A DNA stretch of 63,583 bases, filler included, from Octopus bimaculoides (GCF_001194135.2; 6 parts of 5 records of this genome joined end to end with filler, not necessarily neighbours in it); one strand, 5' to 3'; counted from the whole stretch's first letter, positions 23,819 to 36,810 are shown. Made by a program: numbers and translations. The notes: a model not told the origin generated them from the sequence alone.

Positions 23819-25033
23819 TAATATTGACATAAAATCCTACCATTGCAAAACAGATGTTAGGAAATGTGGGAATCATGCCCTTTTTTGAAGAGAATCTAAA
23901 CAAGTAAAAGGATTTTTTTTTTTAGAGTTTTAGCAACTATAAACATGACAGTAAATTTATAACTATGATAAAAATACCTGGATCCGAAATTATTAATCAA
24001 GGTTGGGTTTGTGTCAAATTATTTTAAGTTATTGATTTTTATTGATGAAAAACATTTGTAGATTGTTAAACTCATTTTTGATTTTCTTAAAAACCTGCAT
24101 ATTTTCTTTTATTCAGTTAAATTCTGGAGGATTGTTTAGTTTGTAATTGTCTTCAGGGGCCTTGTATTTGTGCTCAGGCTAGAAGTGAAGGAACAAACGG
24201 TTATTTCTCACATATACATGACACCTGTTGGTGGAAGGAGACAAAATCATTCAAAATGTTATTTTACAAAATAAAAAAAATAAATTACAAAATTCATCAA
24301 ACATTTTTAATTAGTATTAACATTAACTAACAGGAAAGACAATGTAGGTACTTTAAATTAATTTTAGATATTTGTAATTATGGTGTTACTGTTTGGCTGA
24401 AATGGTGAGAAGATATAATCATTTGATGTTGCAGAACCGTAATAGTATCATTAATAACTGGACTAGTGGGACCCATGGAAATTCCACAAAAAAAAAAAAA
24501 TAAATAAAAAGAATCTATTTAAGAAAGGAAGGATGATTTGCATTTTTATTTTTATTTTGTAAGTTATTTCACTTCCAGTCACAATAATATGATTTTAAAA
24601 TTTCCATATGCTAAGCATTTTATATTTCTCTCTTTCTCTTTTTAACCATGTAATTCCTCTCTTCATGTCTTTAACATTTCTTTCTTTCTTTTCACCTCTC
24701 ACTTTCACTAACCACATGAGTGAAAACATAATGCATCAGCTGGCTATCTACTCTCTTGCTCACTCTCACATTTTTTCGTCTTCTCTCTCACTCCGCCACC
24801 TCCTCCTCCTCTCTAACAAACTGAAGTAATGTGTTAACAAACAGGTGAAAAATAATATTATAGATTTAGTTCAATTAAAAAAATACATTTCGCTACCAAC
24901 ACACCACCACCATCCCCATCACCACCAACATTACCAGCACCACTATCATTGTCATCATTATAGTTTTCAGTAACAAAGCTCATTTGATTTCAGCTGTTGT
25001 TTATATCTACATTTTCTTGCTGTTGGACCATAC

Positions 25034-25097
<64 letters not shown>

Positions 25098-25145
25098 NNN
25101 NNNNNNNNNNNNNNNNNNNNNNNNNNNNNNNNNNNNNNNNNNNNN

Positions 25146-25197
<52 letters not shown>

Positions 25198-26895
25198 GTA
25201 ACTCTGTCTGTCTTTCTTCAACCACCAGGACATTACCCTCTGCTGAATATTGTATACTATTGGTGTCTCTTTTCTTTACTTTTCCCTCTCCACCTTACAG
25301 CATGTCATTAACACTTCTCTTTCCCTCTTTTCTCTTGCTGTCTTTTTCTCTTGAATTCCACCTCTCCCTTCAACTAACATATAATGCATTTAGCCATAGT
25401 ATATTATATTCCTCTCTTCTTCCTTCTCTACTCACATTCCTTCCCTTCTCTCTCCACTTTTATTCCATCTCTCAGTCACTCCACTTCCACCTCTCTAACT
25501 AAAGTATAATGGGTGAATGAATAAGCAGATTATTATATATTGTTATTACTGAATTTCTCAGTAGTTTCTCTTGTAGAAATCCTACATTTAGAATTGTGCA
25601 TTTTATAAACTTCTCTTTAATAATTTCTATAGAAATTTTCTCTGAGAAACAGTAATATTCATATAAATTTATATACAAGTTGCTGGATGTAGAAATGGTA
25701 AAATATCTTACAGAACAGGTTGTGGTATTTTGTTATGTACCTTTAGGTTCTGAGTTCAAATCCTTCTTTAGGTCAATAACTTTGGTTTTCATCCATCTGA
25801 GGCTGATGGAATTAGATCCAATCGACTAAATCTTTGAAGGTGGTGCCACAGCATGGCCACATTCAAATTAGTCAAAATAGAAAAACAATAAAAAACTACA
25901 TTAAAGCATTAGAGAAAAAGTATATTTTCTGTTTGGTTGCCAGCGGCTCCAAAAATTGAAGTTTACCCAAACTGAATTGTTGGAGTTATTTCATTTTTCT
26001 CAGAAAAATGTTTTTAAAAAGTTATAAAGGTTTAAAGTTTGATCATTTTTACCCAGTCAGGAAACAGGATTTAGAAGCTGTCATTTTGTGTGTGACTGTA
26101 CATTTTGTCAACATCCTGAAAATAGCAAGTGTTGTCAATATTTGTAAACAATGTGTTATGTCTCCAGTAACTTTCTTTCATGTAAATAAATGTATATGTT
26201 AATTTAAAAGAGAAAAACAGTTAGTTTTAAATCTCTGAGCAAGATGTTAGCAAATAAACTTTAATTTAAAAGATTTATCCAAAAAATTTTATTCAGCTGT
26301 TTTTTTCACACACCTCACAACTACCTCAATGCTCAATGACAAAAAGAAACAAGTATTAAAGAAAAAATTTAAATATGTTTAATTACAATTTAAATATGCA
26401 AACAGAAAAACCTGTCCGATCTCACGACTCACTCCTCTGAGAACCTACTGTTCAGGTAGGACCTTTCCTTGGTTGACTGCTGTCAACACATGCTTCCTTG
26501 CAGACTTTTCAAAGACTGCTACTATGACAAGAGGCAAAAGAGTTCTTGTTATTATTGAAACAGACATGAATGTGTCTGTGGCTTATGATTGGCTAAAATT
26601 ACCAAAATTTTCAAACTTTGATTACTAATAACTCTTTATTTATTGATTTATAGTGAAAATTACTCTCACCCATTAATTAGCCTATAAAAGTGTATCATTA
26701 CATTGAATATGAAACCAATTTGAACAGAAAAGTTATGCTGGCAACCAAACAGAAAAGATCCAAGAAAAATCTTTAAAAGTGAAATATCCATATGCAAAAT
26801 TAATTTTGATACTACTAGAAAAGTATGAAAAGTACTTCTCTGTAGCAAGGTTACCATCTCTGTTAATTTTTTTCCCATTGAAATTTTTTTTTCAG

Positions 26896-27006
26896 AGCAA
26901 TTCAGATATATGTGTTTTATTTTTCTTTGGATTATTTCTAATGGTTCTGGAATTAGCTTTGGCTATTGTCTCTTCATCCTTTTGCTGCTGCTGTTCAGGA
27001 ATAGAG
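26896..27006 (+). CDS. Penultimate coding exon of an MS4A/CD20-like membrane protein (last TM + Cys cluster)
   Basis: Acceptor ttttttttttcag, donor GAG|gtaagt, 111 nt, phase 0-0: SNSDICVLFFFGLFLMVLELALAIVSSSFCCCCSGIE. The LE..AI.SS.FCC pattern resembles TM4 of the CD20/MS4A family (family call is an inference). Confidence 0.75.
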
Positions 27007-28476
27007 GTAAGTGCAGTTTTTCCTTTACTTGATAATTATTTGTTGTATTGCAGGACACAAGCAAATGTTACACCTTTTATGTTATCATAGATTTGAAGAT
27101 AACATATATGACATAGGTCATGTTTAGGCTGCAAGAAATTGGATCACATGATTTAGAGTTACTTTAGATAAAGTAGTAAAGGAACTAAGATATTATTGAA
27201 GGTAAGAAAGCATAGAGGTGTAGAGATAATGATGTTTTGGTTGGACATCATTAGGTTGACACACACATTATTGTCTGTCCTTCTGTGGTGTGTTCAAAAA
27301 TAAAGTTGACTCTTTTTTAATAAAAATATACTTAAAGGTCATTTCAGATTTTAGTGGCAAAAGTGTAAACATCACTTTTACATTTGAGTAACTTTGACCT
27401 ACTGAACTTATCTCCCACAAAGTTTCTACTGTTTGACATTAATAATTATTATTAAAACAGCTATTCATGAAAGCTATAAACTTTGCATAAGCCATCCCTG
27501 TGATTTCAGATGAAGAAATAAAAAACTTTTTGTGAGACAAGGATTCCTTTTGATTCAATAAAAACTCTTCTACACAGTTTGGTGTCCGCATTGATGTGAG
27601 CGATTCAGCAAATATCAGTGATTTCGTTGAACTATACTTCTTGCATAACATGAAAGATACCTTTGAGGGTTCCAAAGGTAGTTTATTGCTTCTACTATCA
27701 ACTCACTGACAGATTCTAAAAATCTTCATAGCTTCTTTAACAACCTAGGTCTCCAAATCTCTGTAGAGTACAGCCTAAGAAAAGCTACATACCTGGACAT
27801 AACACTTGATAAGCCTACTTAATTACCAACTCTGAACCGCTCTTCTTTGTGCCTCTTGCAGTGATGTGGATTCATCTGGTATTTCAGATGAAACATTGCG
27901 ATGGATCTCTTTGAATGTCTCCACATGTACACCTTGCAAATCTCTGATGTGTTTTGGTAGAATGCTGAACAGTTGTAGACCCTTGAAACCCAAGCTGTTA
28001 CAGTATTGGGTCCCTATTTTGAGATGGAGAAAATGGGATATTTGCTATTATGCAGTCCTGTCTATTTTGATTGTTGGCATAGATTTCAATTCCAAATTTC
28101 TATGTAATGCTATTGCTTAACAACTGCTTGCACATTATTGTCATTTTCATATAAGTTTGTAATGTCATCAGATAACAATAAGACTTATTCTGACTCACAG
28201 AGTATAATACCTGAATATTTTATAATAAATAAATTTAAATGAGAAGCAATTAAAGAGTAAATTTTTCCACTTTCCATAGTATTTTAAACAATCCACTGTC
28301 TTTTTAAGGTATGAATTTTAGATGTTTAATTATAATAAATACAGTGTCTCTCTATATATTAGCTATTAAATGGCTAATGAGAAAAGTAGTAATTAAAAGC
28401 AAATATGATTTAAAAGACATATTTTACTTTTTAAAAAAAGTTTAATCTGTTTAAAACTATCTTTCTTCTTCTACAG

Positions 28477-28686
28477 GAAATTGCTGTCACAACACAAGGA
28501 CCAGGAGTGTGTCAATCAGCTAATACAAATGTTCCACAAGTTGTCTGTTCCCCAGATGCTGTTACACCACATATGCCTCCACAATACAGTGCTTATCCTC
28601 CATATGCTGTTGGAGCACAAATGGCTCCACTGTACAATGCTTCTGTTCCAAATGTTGCTGAAGGTGCTATGTATCAAAAACAATAA
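28477..28686 (+). CDS. Terminal coding exon of the same gene (Pro/Tyr-rich cytoplasmic tail)
   Basis: Acceptor ctttcttcttctacag, phase 0, 69 aa + TAA: EIAVTTQGPGVCQSANTNVPQVVCSPDAVTPHMPPQYSAYPPYAVGAQMAPLYNASVPNVAEGAMYQKQ*. In frame with the previous exon. Confidence 0.82.
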   Translation, partial: EIAVTTQGPGVCQSANTNVPQVVCSPDAVTPHMPPQYSAYPPYAVGAQMAPLYNASVPNVAEGAMYQKQ

Positions 28687-28750
28687 AATGGAATGGAATT
28701 TTCATATTTTGTGAAATTGAAAATTGTTTTAAAAGAATTATATATACATG

Positions 28751-28784
<34 letters not shown>

Positions 28785-28879
28785 CATCTTTCAATTGTGT
28801 TTTAAATTTATTTTACAATCATATCNNNNNNNNNNNNNNNNNNNNNNNNNNNNNNNNNNNNNNNNNNNNNNNNNNNNNN

Positions 28880-29030
28880 CCATATGCTGTTGGAGCACAA
28901 ATGGCTCCACTGTACAATGCTTCTGTTCCAAATGTTGCTGAAGGTGCTATGTATCAAAAACAATAAAATGGAATGGAATTTTCATATTTTGTGAAATTGA
29001 AAATTGTTTTAAAAGAATTATATATACATG

Positions 29031-29064
<34 letters not shown>

Positions 29065-29105
29065 CATCTTTCAATTGTGTTTTAAATTTATTTTACAATC
29101 ATATC
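28880..29105 (+). repeat. Identical 226-bp copy of 28600-28825 across a gap (probable assembly duplication)
   Basis: Base-for-base identical, including microsatellite length, separated only by a 54-N gap. Confidence 0.85.
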
Positions 29106-29144
29106 TATATAGCACATAGATACATTAGCAAATGTTTATATACA

Positions 29145-29366
29145 AATAAATAAAGTAAATTAATTTGTACAATTGTCATTGAAGCTCTCCCTATTAATAT
29201 AGGCATCTGAGCCATTTTATATTAAAGTAACACTTATACCTAAATAATTTTTAGTACCAATGCATCTGTACTTTACTGTTAAAGTTTTAGCAATTTTAAA
29301 ACTAAGATTCTTTTACTGTACATTTTACACATCTATTTTTGTCTGCTTTCTATTTTTTTGAATAAA
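29145..29366 (+). terminator. Candidate polyadenylation signals (AATAAA at 29145 and 29361) for the MS4A-like gene
   Basis: AATAAA hexamers in an AT-rich 3'UTR, followed by T-rich sequence. AATAAA is also common by chance here. Confidence 0.35.
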
Positions 29367-29894
29367 ACGTTTCCTCACCTGCTGTAATTTACCTTTAATG
29401 TTGTCTTTTAAACAAACTCTTTTGTTCTGCCTTCTGTAACTTTCAGATACACTTCTTTTAAATGTGTGTACCTTTTGGTAATGTTTAGACGTACTTATTT
29501 TTACTATTGTCTTTGAACAAACTATTTATTGTTCATAATTTTCATATTTCTTTTCATATTGTTATTTGTATTCTAAAAATATTATTTTTCATTTACTCAT
29601 CTTAGAAGATTTTGCTAAATTTTGTAATAATCTAAACTCATTCTTTTCATTCTATTTGTAATTTGTTACAAATGATCAACTTTACATTTTTATTGTATTG
29701 ATATTTCCCAAAACATATTTTTGTGGCTCCCAATCACTTATATTGTGTTTCTTTAAAAGAATGCTTTAGGAAGTTGACATTTTCATTGTATTTTGCTTTT
29801 GTTTACATGTGTATACTTTGATATTTAATATGTAGATTTCAAATATAAACAAATATTAATTTGGATAAAAGTATGAAAATATGTAGTGCGTGAG

Positions 29895-30228
29895 AAGACC
29901 CGGCAAGCCAAGTAAGATCGTTGCCAGTGCCCCTGGACTGGTTCTTGTGCGGGTGGCACATGAGATGCACCATTTTGAGCGTGGCCGTTGCCAGTACCGC
30001 CTGACTGGCTCCTGTAGGATTTTCGAGCGAGATCGTTGCCAGTGCCCCTGGACTGGCTTGTGCGGGTGGCACATAAAAGACACCATTTCGAGCGTGGCCG
30101 TTTTCGTGCGGGTGACACGTAAAAGCACCCACTACACTCTCTGAGTGGTTGGCGTTAGGAAGGGCATCCAGCTGTAGAAACTCTGCCAAATCAGACTGGA
30201 GCCTGGTGTTGCCATCCGGTTTCACCAG
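29895..30228 (+). repeat. RTE-type 3'-tail repeat with internal tandem subrepeats
   Basis: Same family as 21553, with gatcgttgccagtgcccctggactgg...gtgcgggtggcaca repeated. Confidence 0.6.
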
Positions 30229-30520
30229 NNNNNNNNNNNNNNNNNNNNNNNNNNNNNNNNNNNNNNNNNNNNNNNNNNNNNNNNNNNNNNNNNNNNNNNN
30301 NNNNNNNNNNNNNNNNNNNNNNNNNNNNNNNNNNNNNNNNNNNNNNNNNNNNNNNNNNNNNNNNNNNNNNNNNNNNNNNNNNNNNNNNNNNNNNNNNNNN
30401 NNNNNNNNNNNNNNNNNNNNNNNNNNNNNNNNNNNNNNNNNNNNNNNNNNNNNNNNNNNNNNNNNNNNNNNNNNNNNNNNNNNNNNNNNNNNNNNNNNNN
30501 NNNNNNNNNNNNNNNNNNNT

Positions 30521-30810
30521 GCCGAACCGCTAAGTGATGGGGACATAAACACACCAGCATCAGTTGTCAAGCAATGCTAGGGGGACAAACACAGACACAC
30601 AAACACAGACACAAACACAGACACACAAACACATATACATATATATATACATATATACGACGGGCTTCTTTCAGTTTCCGTCTACCAAATCCACTCACAA
30701 GGCTTTGGTCGGCCCGAGGCTATAGTAGAAGACACTTGCCCAAGGTGCCAAGCAGTGGGACTGAACCCGGAACCATGTGCTTGGTAGCAAGCTACTTACC
30801 ACACAGCCAC
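30521..30810 (-). repeat. SINE family A copy
   Basis: gccgaaccgctaag...cgacgggcttctttcagtttccgtctaccaaatccactcacaaggc...cttaccacacagccactc. Confidence 0.9.
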
Positions 30811-31878
30811 TCTGTTAATCTAATGTTTGGTAAATGTTTTATGTGCACTGTAGTTTGTTTTGAGTAATTCCATAAAACATAAGATTCTTTTAAGAGAAAA
30901 ATTAATGCTTTAGAAATTATTGGATTGTCACTCTTCATTCACTAAATGAAAGTTTTCCTCTTCCAAATGAGTCATCTCTGACGAACTGGTTACTCAACCT
31001 GACAGATATAGCTGCCAAATTTCTATTCAGTTATATTCTAAACAAAAATCAAGAGAAAGGGATTTTAAGAACCTTCCTCTTGAAGAATTTCAATTTTGTA
31101 TATAAGCACAAAATTAATAGCTGGGTAATAAAGGCCACACTACAAAGAAAAAGTCTTAAAACTTACAAATAGCATGTAGGTGTCCTCTGAAATGTATTAG
31201 TGAACGTTTTTTCCCCCTCTTTATTAATTAATCCAAAGAGAGAAGAGAATTAGAATTCATATAATTCTTCTTTCTTTGCCATAGTCTTAGGCATGTTTAA
31301 AGAGATCAAACTATCTTCATTTTATTAAACACAGAAATTTGTTTTGTCTTATTTCCATCTTACATCCTCCTTCCATGACTCACCTATGAGAAACACTACT
31401 GTTATCACCATCATTCATGCTTCTAGGAATACTAATCACACAGTATAAGACCCACATTCACCTTTAATCAAAAAGTTGTCTTGTATGTATCTAATGCATT
31501 ACTAACTTACATATTGTGGAAGCTCTAGGATGGAAATGCATATCAAACAATGCAAGAACGTCCTCTATTTGAAACCAAAAAAACATTTTATATAATACTA
31601 CCATTATAATATATATATATATTATATTCCTTGCGTATTGTTATTCTTTTATTATTTTAATTCTTTCAGTCATTTGACTGTGGCCATGCTGGAGCACTGA
31701 CTTTAGTCAAACAAATTCAGCTCAGGACTCATTCTTCATAAGCCTAGTACTTATTCTATCAGTCTTTTTTTTGCCTAACTGCTAATTTACAGGGATGTAA
31801 ACACATTGTTGTCAGGTAACGGTGGGAGGAAACACACACACACACACACACACACATATGATAGTTCATAAATAAGTC

Positions 31879-32100
31879 ATACCCAATGACTGGTGTAGCA
31901 GCACCATAGTCTACTGCTACAAAGGTAAAGGAGATGCTTTAGATAGAAATAACTACAGGGGTGTCAAATTTTTGGATCAGGTGATGAAAGTTACAGAGAG
32001 GGTCATAGCCCAACTAATTAGGGAGAGAGTTAGCCTAGATGAGATGCAGTTTGGTTTTGTACCTAGCAGAAGCACCACTGATACTATATTTCTGATATGA
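31879..32100 (+). mobile_element. RTE-clade LINE reverse transcriptase fragment
   Basis: IPNDWCSSTIVYCYKGKGDALDRNNYRGVKFLDQVMKVTERVIAQLIRERVSLDEMQFGFVPSRSTTDTIFLI*. Confidence 0.9.
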
Positions 32101-33407
32101 AGTAATATTATTTATATTTCAAACACACCTTTTATAATATTACTTCATATCTATAAAAAATTACCATTCGATAAATTATATAAATTCTAAATTTTATATC
32201 TCTGAAGAGCAGAAGAGTTATCTATAAATGCTTATCAATATAGGATTCCATTATTAGGACAGCGCTTCTGTGAAGCGATCGTAAGATAATTTAAAACCTA
32301 ATTCAAAATTTTTAAACTGACATATTTAATTATTATTATATTATATATTTACATTATACATATTTACATATATTTTTACATATAGTTTTAATACAACAAT
32401 TACTCCACACATGTACATATCTTTCTGATGAATTTTCCAATACTGATTTCCTGATATTAATAATAATCTTATCTATAAAAGGCAGATTTTTCTCTCTCTC
32501 TGTGTGTGTGTGTGTATGTTTAAAATTCACACATTTACACAATTCCAAATTTCTTGGATTAAAGAATCGGAATTAATATTCTAAATACAGTTTGTTAGGT
32601 CACAGCGTCATTTTTCCAGTCAAAATAACTCCCAATTACGAATAAAATCCATAAAACTACACAAATTAACATTTTTCCCCCTAATAAAATCTAATTTCCT
32701 CTTTCTACTACCTATACAAATCCTTTCAACTCCTACTTTCTCTTATGAACCTTTACGAACGATCCAACAACAAATACAAAATGAAAGGAAGGAGAAACAC
32801 TGACAGTAAAAGAAAACTATTTCAGTATCAAAACTGAAACAATCACATTTCGATACTGTAATGACAGATACTTTTACTTTGATGGTTTCAGTTTCATACT
32901 GAGACTACTACAGTGAAACTATACTCTCACATATATACAGGCATACATATATATATATATACATACATACATGCATATATATATCTCCACAAATGTATCC
33001 ATATACATGTATATCTCCTCTCAAACAATCTACTTAACTCTTTCTACCTCTCTTACAAATCGTTTCAAGTGCTACTTTCTCTTATGAACGTTTACGAACG
33101 ATCCAAGAAAAAAGACAAAGAAACGAAGGAAAAAGAGTGAGAGTCAAATAAACAGACATACTACCAATCATACGTAAATACACACATATATCTACACATA
33201 TATATGTACCTATGATTACCAATGACCTCATTCTAATCGGCGGGAATTGTAAGTTATTTCTAACTTCGTCCTTCACCATGATAACAAAAAAAAAAATAGC
33301 CACACATCTTTTTCAAATACGATCGACAAACATTTATTCCCTACAAACTGATTTAAAAAAAAATCTTTTCGTAAATCTTGAGATTAACACCTGCATGATT
33401 TTGTTCG

Positions 33408-33449
33408 TAACCTTAACCCTAACCCTGACCCTAAGACCCTAACCCTAAC
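33408..33449. repeat. Short interstitial (CCCTAA)n telomere-like tract
   Basis: taaccttaaccctaaccctgaccctaagaccctaaccctaac. Confidence 0.7.
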
Positions 33450-33628
33450 ACTGTAGTGAAAATCGTACGGGTGTTAATCTGAAAATTTACCAAACTTTTT
33501 AAAAACACTTTTACTTACTAACATTTTCTTATTTAGTGTGTGTGTGTGTTGCCCTTATATATATACACTTAAGACTTAGTTGTGGGTTGGGACTTTGATC
33601 GGCAGAGGTCATTATTATTATTATTATT

Positions 33629-33883
33629 GAGTGAGAGAGCAGTGCATGCCATCAAAGTGACACTGGGGTAAAATATACGAAGCCCATTATACCCATCATG
33701 ACTACCCGTCTGATAAGGGTGCACCAGGCACATGTATCACAACCATATGTACGCGACATGGTGATCTCATATCAAGATAAACAGCGCATGACCTCGCAGG
33801 TGGGGCCCAGTTAGAATTTTCTTCAGGTCGAGTAACCCATCCCACTCAAAAGGTCCCTGAATAAGGTTTGTTTAAGGATGTTG
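33629..33883. repeat. Family G copy 3, truncated by a scaffold join
   Basis: (att)n gagtgagagagcagtgcatgccatcaaagtgacac... up to the gap. Confidence 0.88.
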
Positions 33884-33983
33884 NNNNNNNNNNNNNNNNN
33901 NNNNNNNNNNNNNNNNNNNNNNNNNNNTTAATTAATTAANNNNNNNNNNNNNNNNNNNNNNNNNNNNNNNNNNNNNNNNNNNN
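33884..33983. other. Artificial scaffold spacer N44-TTAATTAATTAA-N44
   Basis: Linker at 33928-33939. Confidence 0.95.
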
Positions 33984-33999
33984 TATATGCATCTATATT

Positions 34000-34210
34000 T
34001 TTTGTGTCTAGGGAGAGCCATTATGTCTTTATTAATTAACAAACACACTGGATCGATTTCCACTCATTTATTTATTTATTTACATTTTTTCTAAAATTTT
34101 CGTTGCTTCTTGTAACCTCTTCAAAGTAACCAAATTAGTGGAAATCGAACCGGTAAGTGTTTTAATTAATACGGCATTAAAACAGAATGGCTCTCCTCAG
34201 ACACAACAAA
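34000..34210. repeat. About 200-bp element with about 70-bp imperfect terminal inverted repeats
   Basis: ttgtgtctagggagagccatt...gatttccactcattt pairs with aaattagtggaaatcg...aatggctctcctcagacacaa. Confidence 0.75.
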
Positions 34211-34386
34211 ATATGCTTCAACACACGAATTCACATAAAGAATCTTGCAAACCAAATACAGAAGCGAAGTAACATACATACATACAGACACGCAGCCAGA
34301 CAGACAGGCATACAGACAGACTGATAGATAAATAGATAGACAGACAGACAGTCAGACAGACAGATAGGCAGACAGACAGACAGACT

Positions 34387-34443
<57 letters not shown>

Positions 34444-36337
34444 CACTCTCTCACGGGTACACTCATACACATATAATTAAAGTGTAGAAAAATATACTTA
34501 ATTGTAAAGAAAACCAATTACATTATTTCAATAAAATAATTCTTGTTACACTATTTAAAACAAGAAATATTCAGAGACTTTTCATAGATTTTATATTATA
34601 TCGCGATGGAATAATCAAGCAACTTCTTTTGAGGAACGATACATTGTTTCTACAGTACCAACTTAAAAAAGAAGTCTTGTTACTTGAAGACAGGTGAAAT
34701 GGAGGGATTTGATTGGATAAAATATATTTGCAAGGATAGAGTTCCACCTGAGACGAAAGAGAGATACAGTATTTTGTATATTCTTCCACATACAAATATT
34801 ACGTAGACTCAGGTATACGTACAGACATGTATGCATGCAGATATACACAAGTGAGAATATCAACTCATATGAACTCCTTAGGAAATTGTGTAGATATATC
34901 ATTATTTTTGCTAGTACTATTATTACCATTGCTGCCATTTCTCTATTGTTGTCGCCATTAAACTTCCTGTATATATATATAGGCACACACATGCCTCTAT
35001 ATATATATTCAGGTATTTATGCTTATGTCATATTTTTATGCATATATATATATATATANNNNNNNNNNNNNNNNNNNNNNNNNNNNNNNNNNNNNNNNNN
35101 NNNNNNNNNNNNNNNNNNNNNNNNNNNNNNNNNNNNNNNNNNNNNNNNNNNNNNNNNNNNNNNNNNNNNNNNNNNNNNNNNNNNNNNNNNNNNNNNATAT
35201 ATACATATATATATATATATACAGAGAGAGAGAGAGAGGGAGAGGGAGAAAAGGAGAGAGAGAACTATTTGCATATATATTAATATACGAATAAGAATTC
35301 CATTATTATCAACTATTAATAGCCTCAGTCGTGATCTTTGATACCAGTGCGTGATCCTACAACAGTTGATTTTACATATATATTGACTGTGTGCTCGCTG
35401 TCTGACGATGTTTTAAAGGACATGAATGCGTGAATATTTTAGAAGTTTGGTTTGCCATTTTGACCAATCCTTTTTTATCTCACTCATTTGACAATATTTA
35501 CAAATACTGCTTCAGTGGACCCAAAGACTGTGGATTGAATTGGCTAAACAGAAAAGGCATGAAAGAGATGGAATGGACAGGACTTGTTATGGATAAGACT
35601 TAGCTTTACACAGTTTCACGCTGAGTCGTTATGAAGTGTACATTAACGCTACAAGTGTCTGTTGAAACTCATCAAGTGACTTTAAAACACAATTTGTATG
35701 CTGATTCGTTGTTAAAGCAATTGAAAATCAATGCATGATCCGTCATATATAACATTTACTGCGAAGATTGAAATGTGAGATCAAATATTAAACTGCATTA
35801 AGCAGATTACTTACCGAAATATATGTATTAGAAAGACGCATGACCTATCAAGAGGAATGAAACATGATAAGTTATAGCAATGAGTATTACTGGAATCATT
35901 GATGCTTTGATGAACAATTTTCATTAATTTGTATCATAAATTTCAAAATCGGGAATTGTGACGTGGATGACAAATGAATTTTGAGATTTGAGAAACATTA
36001 GAAATACAGATGGGATCGATAGGAACGTGAACACAGTTATAGATAATTTCTTCGTTTCCTGCTCAAATATATGACATGAGTTCCTATTATTAGTTGGAAT
36101 ATAATAAATGAAAGCGTCTACAAAAGGTCGGATTTAATAACGTGCATAGTATTATATACCTTTCATGTTCCGAGTTTAATCCCTGTTTATTTCTCATTCG
36201 TTTTCATCCTTCTGGCTGTGGAACAAATATCAGTGAAGTAATTGTTTTGATTAAATCAACAACATTTTCACCACAAAATGTATTATCCTGCGTAAGTGTT
36301 ACGAACCATTATTATAACAGTTTGTATCCAGATCTGC

Positions 36338-36810
36338 GAATAACCACCGGCGTGGCTGTGAATATGCGCAGACGTGGATGTGTTATAGGAGCAGACGTAG
36401 CTGTGTCTAAGCACAGACGTGGCTGTGTATAGGCACATGTTTGACTGTGAGGTAACAAGCTTGCTGCCAGATCGTATCCCTCCGGATCGCGGTCATTGCC
36501 CTTCACTTGGGCAAGTTCCTCCTACTATCGTCACTAACCAATAACAAAGCCTTGTGTGTGGATTTGGAAAACGAAAAGTAAAAGAAACCCGTGTGTATGT
36601 GCGTGTGTGTTTCTTTGTGGTTCATCCACCCACCCATTATTTGACACCCTGTATTGATTTCCTAGCGTCCTTAATCTAGCGGTTCATCATGAGGTGATAC
36701 AATGAATACCAGGATTTAACAAAATAAGTACTGGAGTTGACTCGTTCGACTACAAAGCCCTTCAGCATGGCCACCGTCTAATGACTGAAATAAATAACAA
36801 ATAAAACAAT
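36338..36810 (+). repeat. Degenerate SINE family A copy with a tandemly amplified head
   Basis: (g)cagacgtggctgtg-type unit about four times, then gaggtaacaagcttgct...ttgggcaagt...aagccttgtgtgtggatttgg. Confidence 0.7.

Noticed and set aside
24117-26630. Several possible upstream exons for the MS4A-like gene (24117-24260, 24370-24407, 26061-26130, 26504-26570)
   Set aside because: Each has in-frame stops, no credible donor, or no TM or family motif.
33236-33262. GGCGGGAA (E2F-like) motif next to a gtaagt donor
   Set aside because: A single short motif with no supporting promoter context or downstream exon.
34663-34760. Strong minus-strand acceptor followed by WNSILANIFYPIKSLHF, vaguely LRR-like
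   Set aside because: N-to-F spacing is three residues short of the LRR consensus, and no donor gives a 72-nt phase 2-2 exon.
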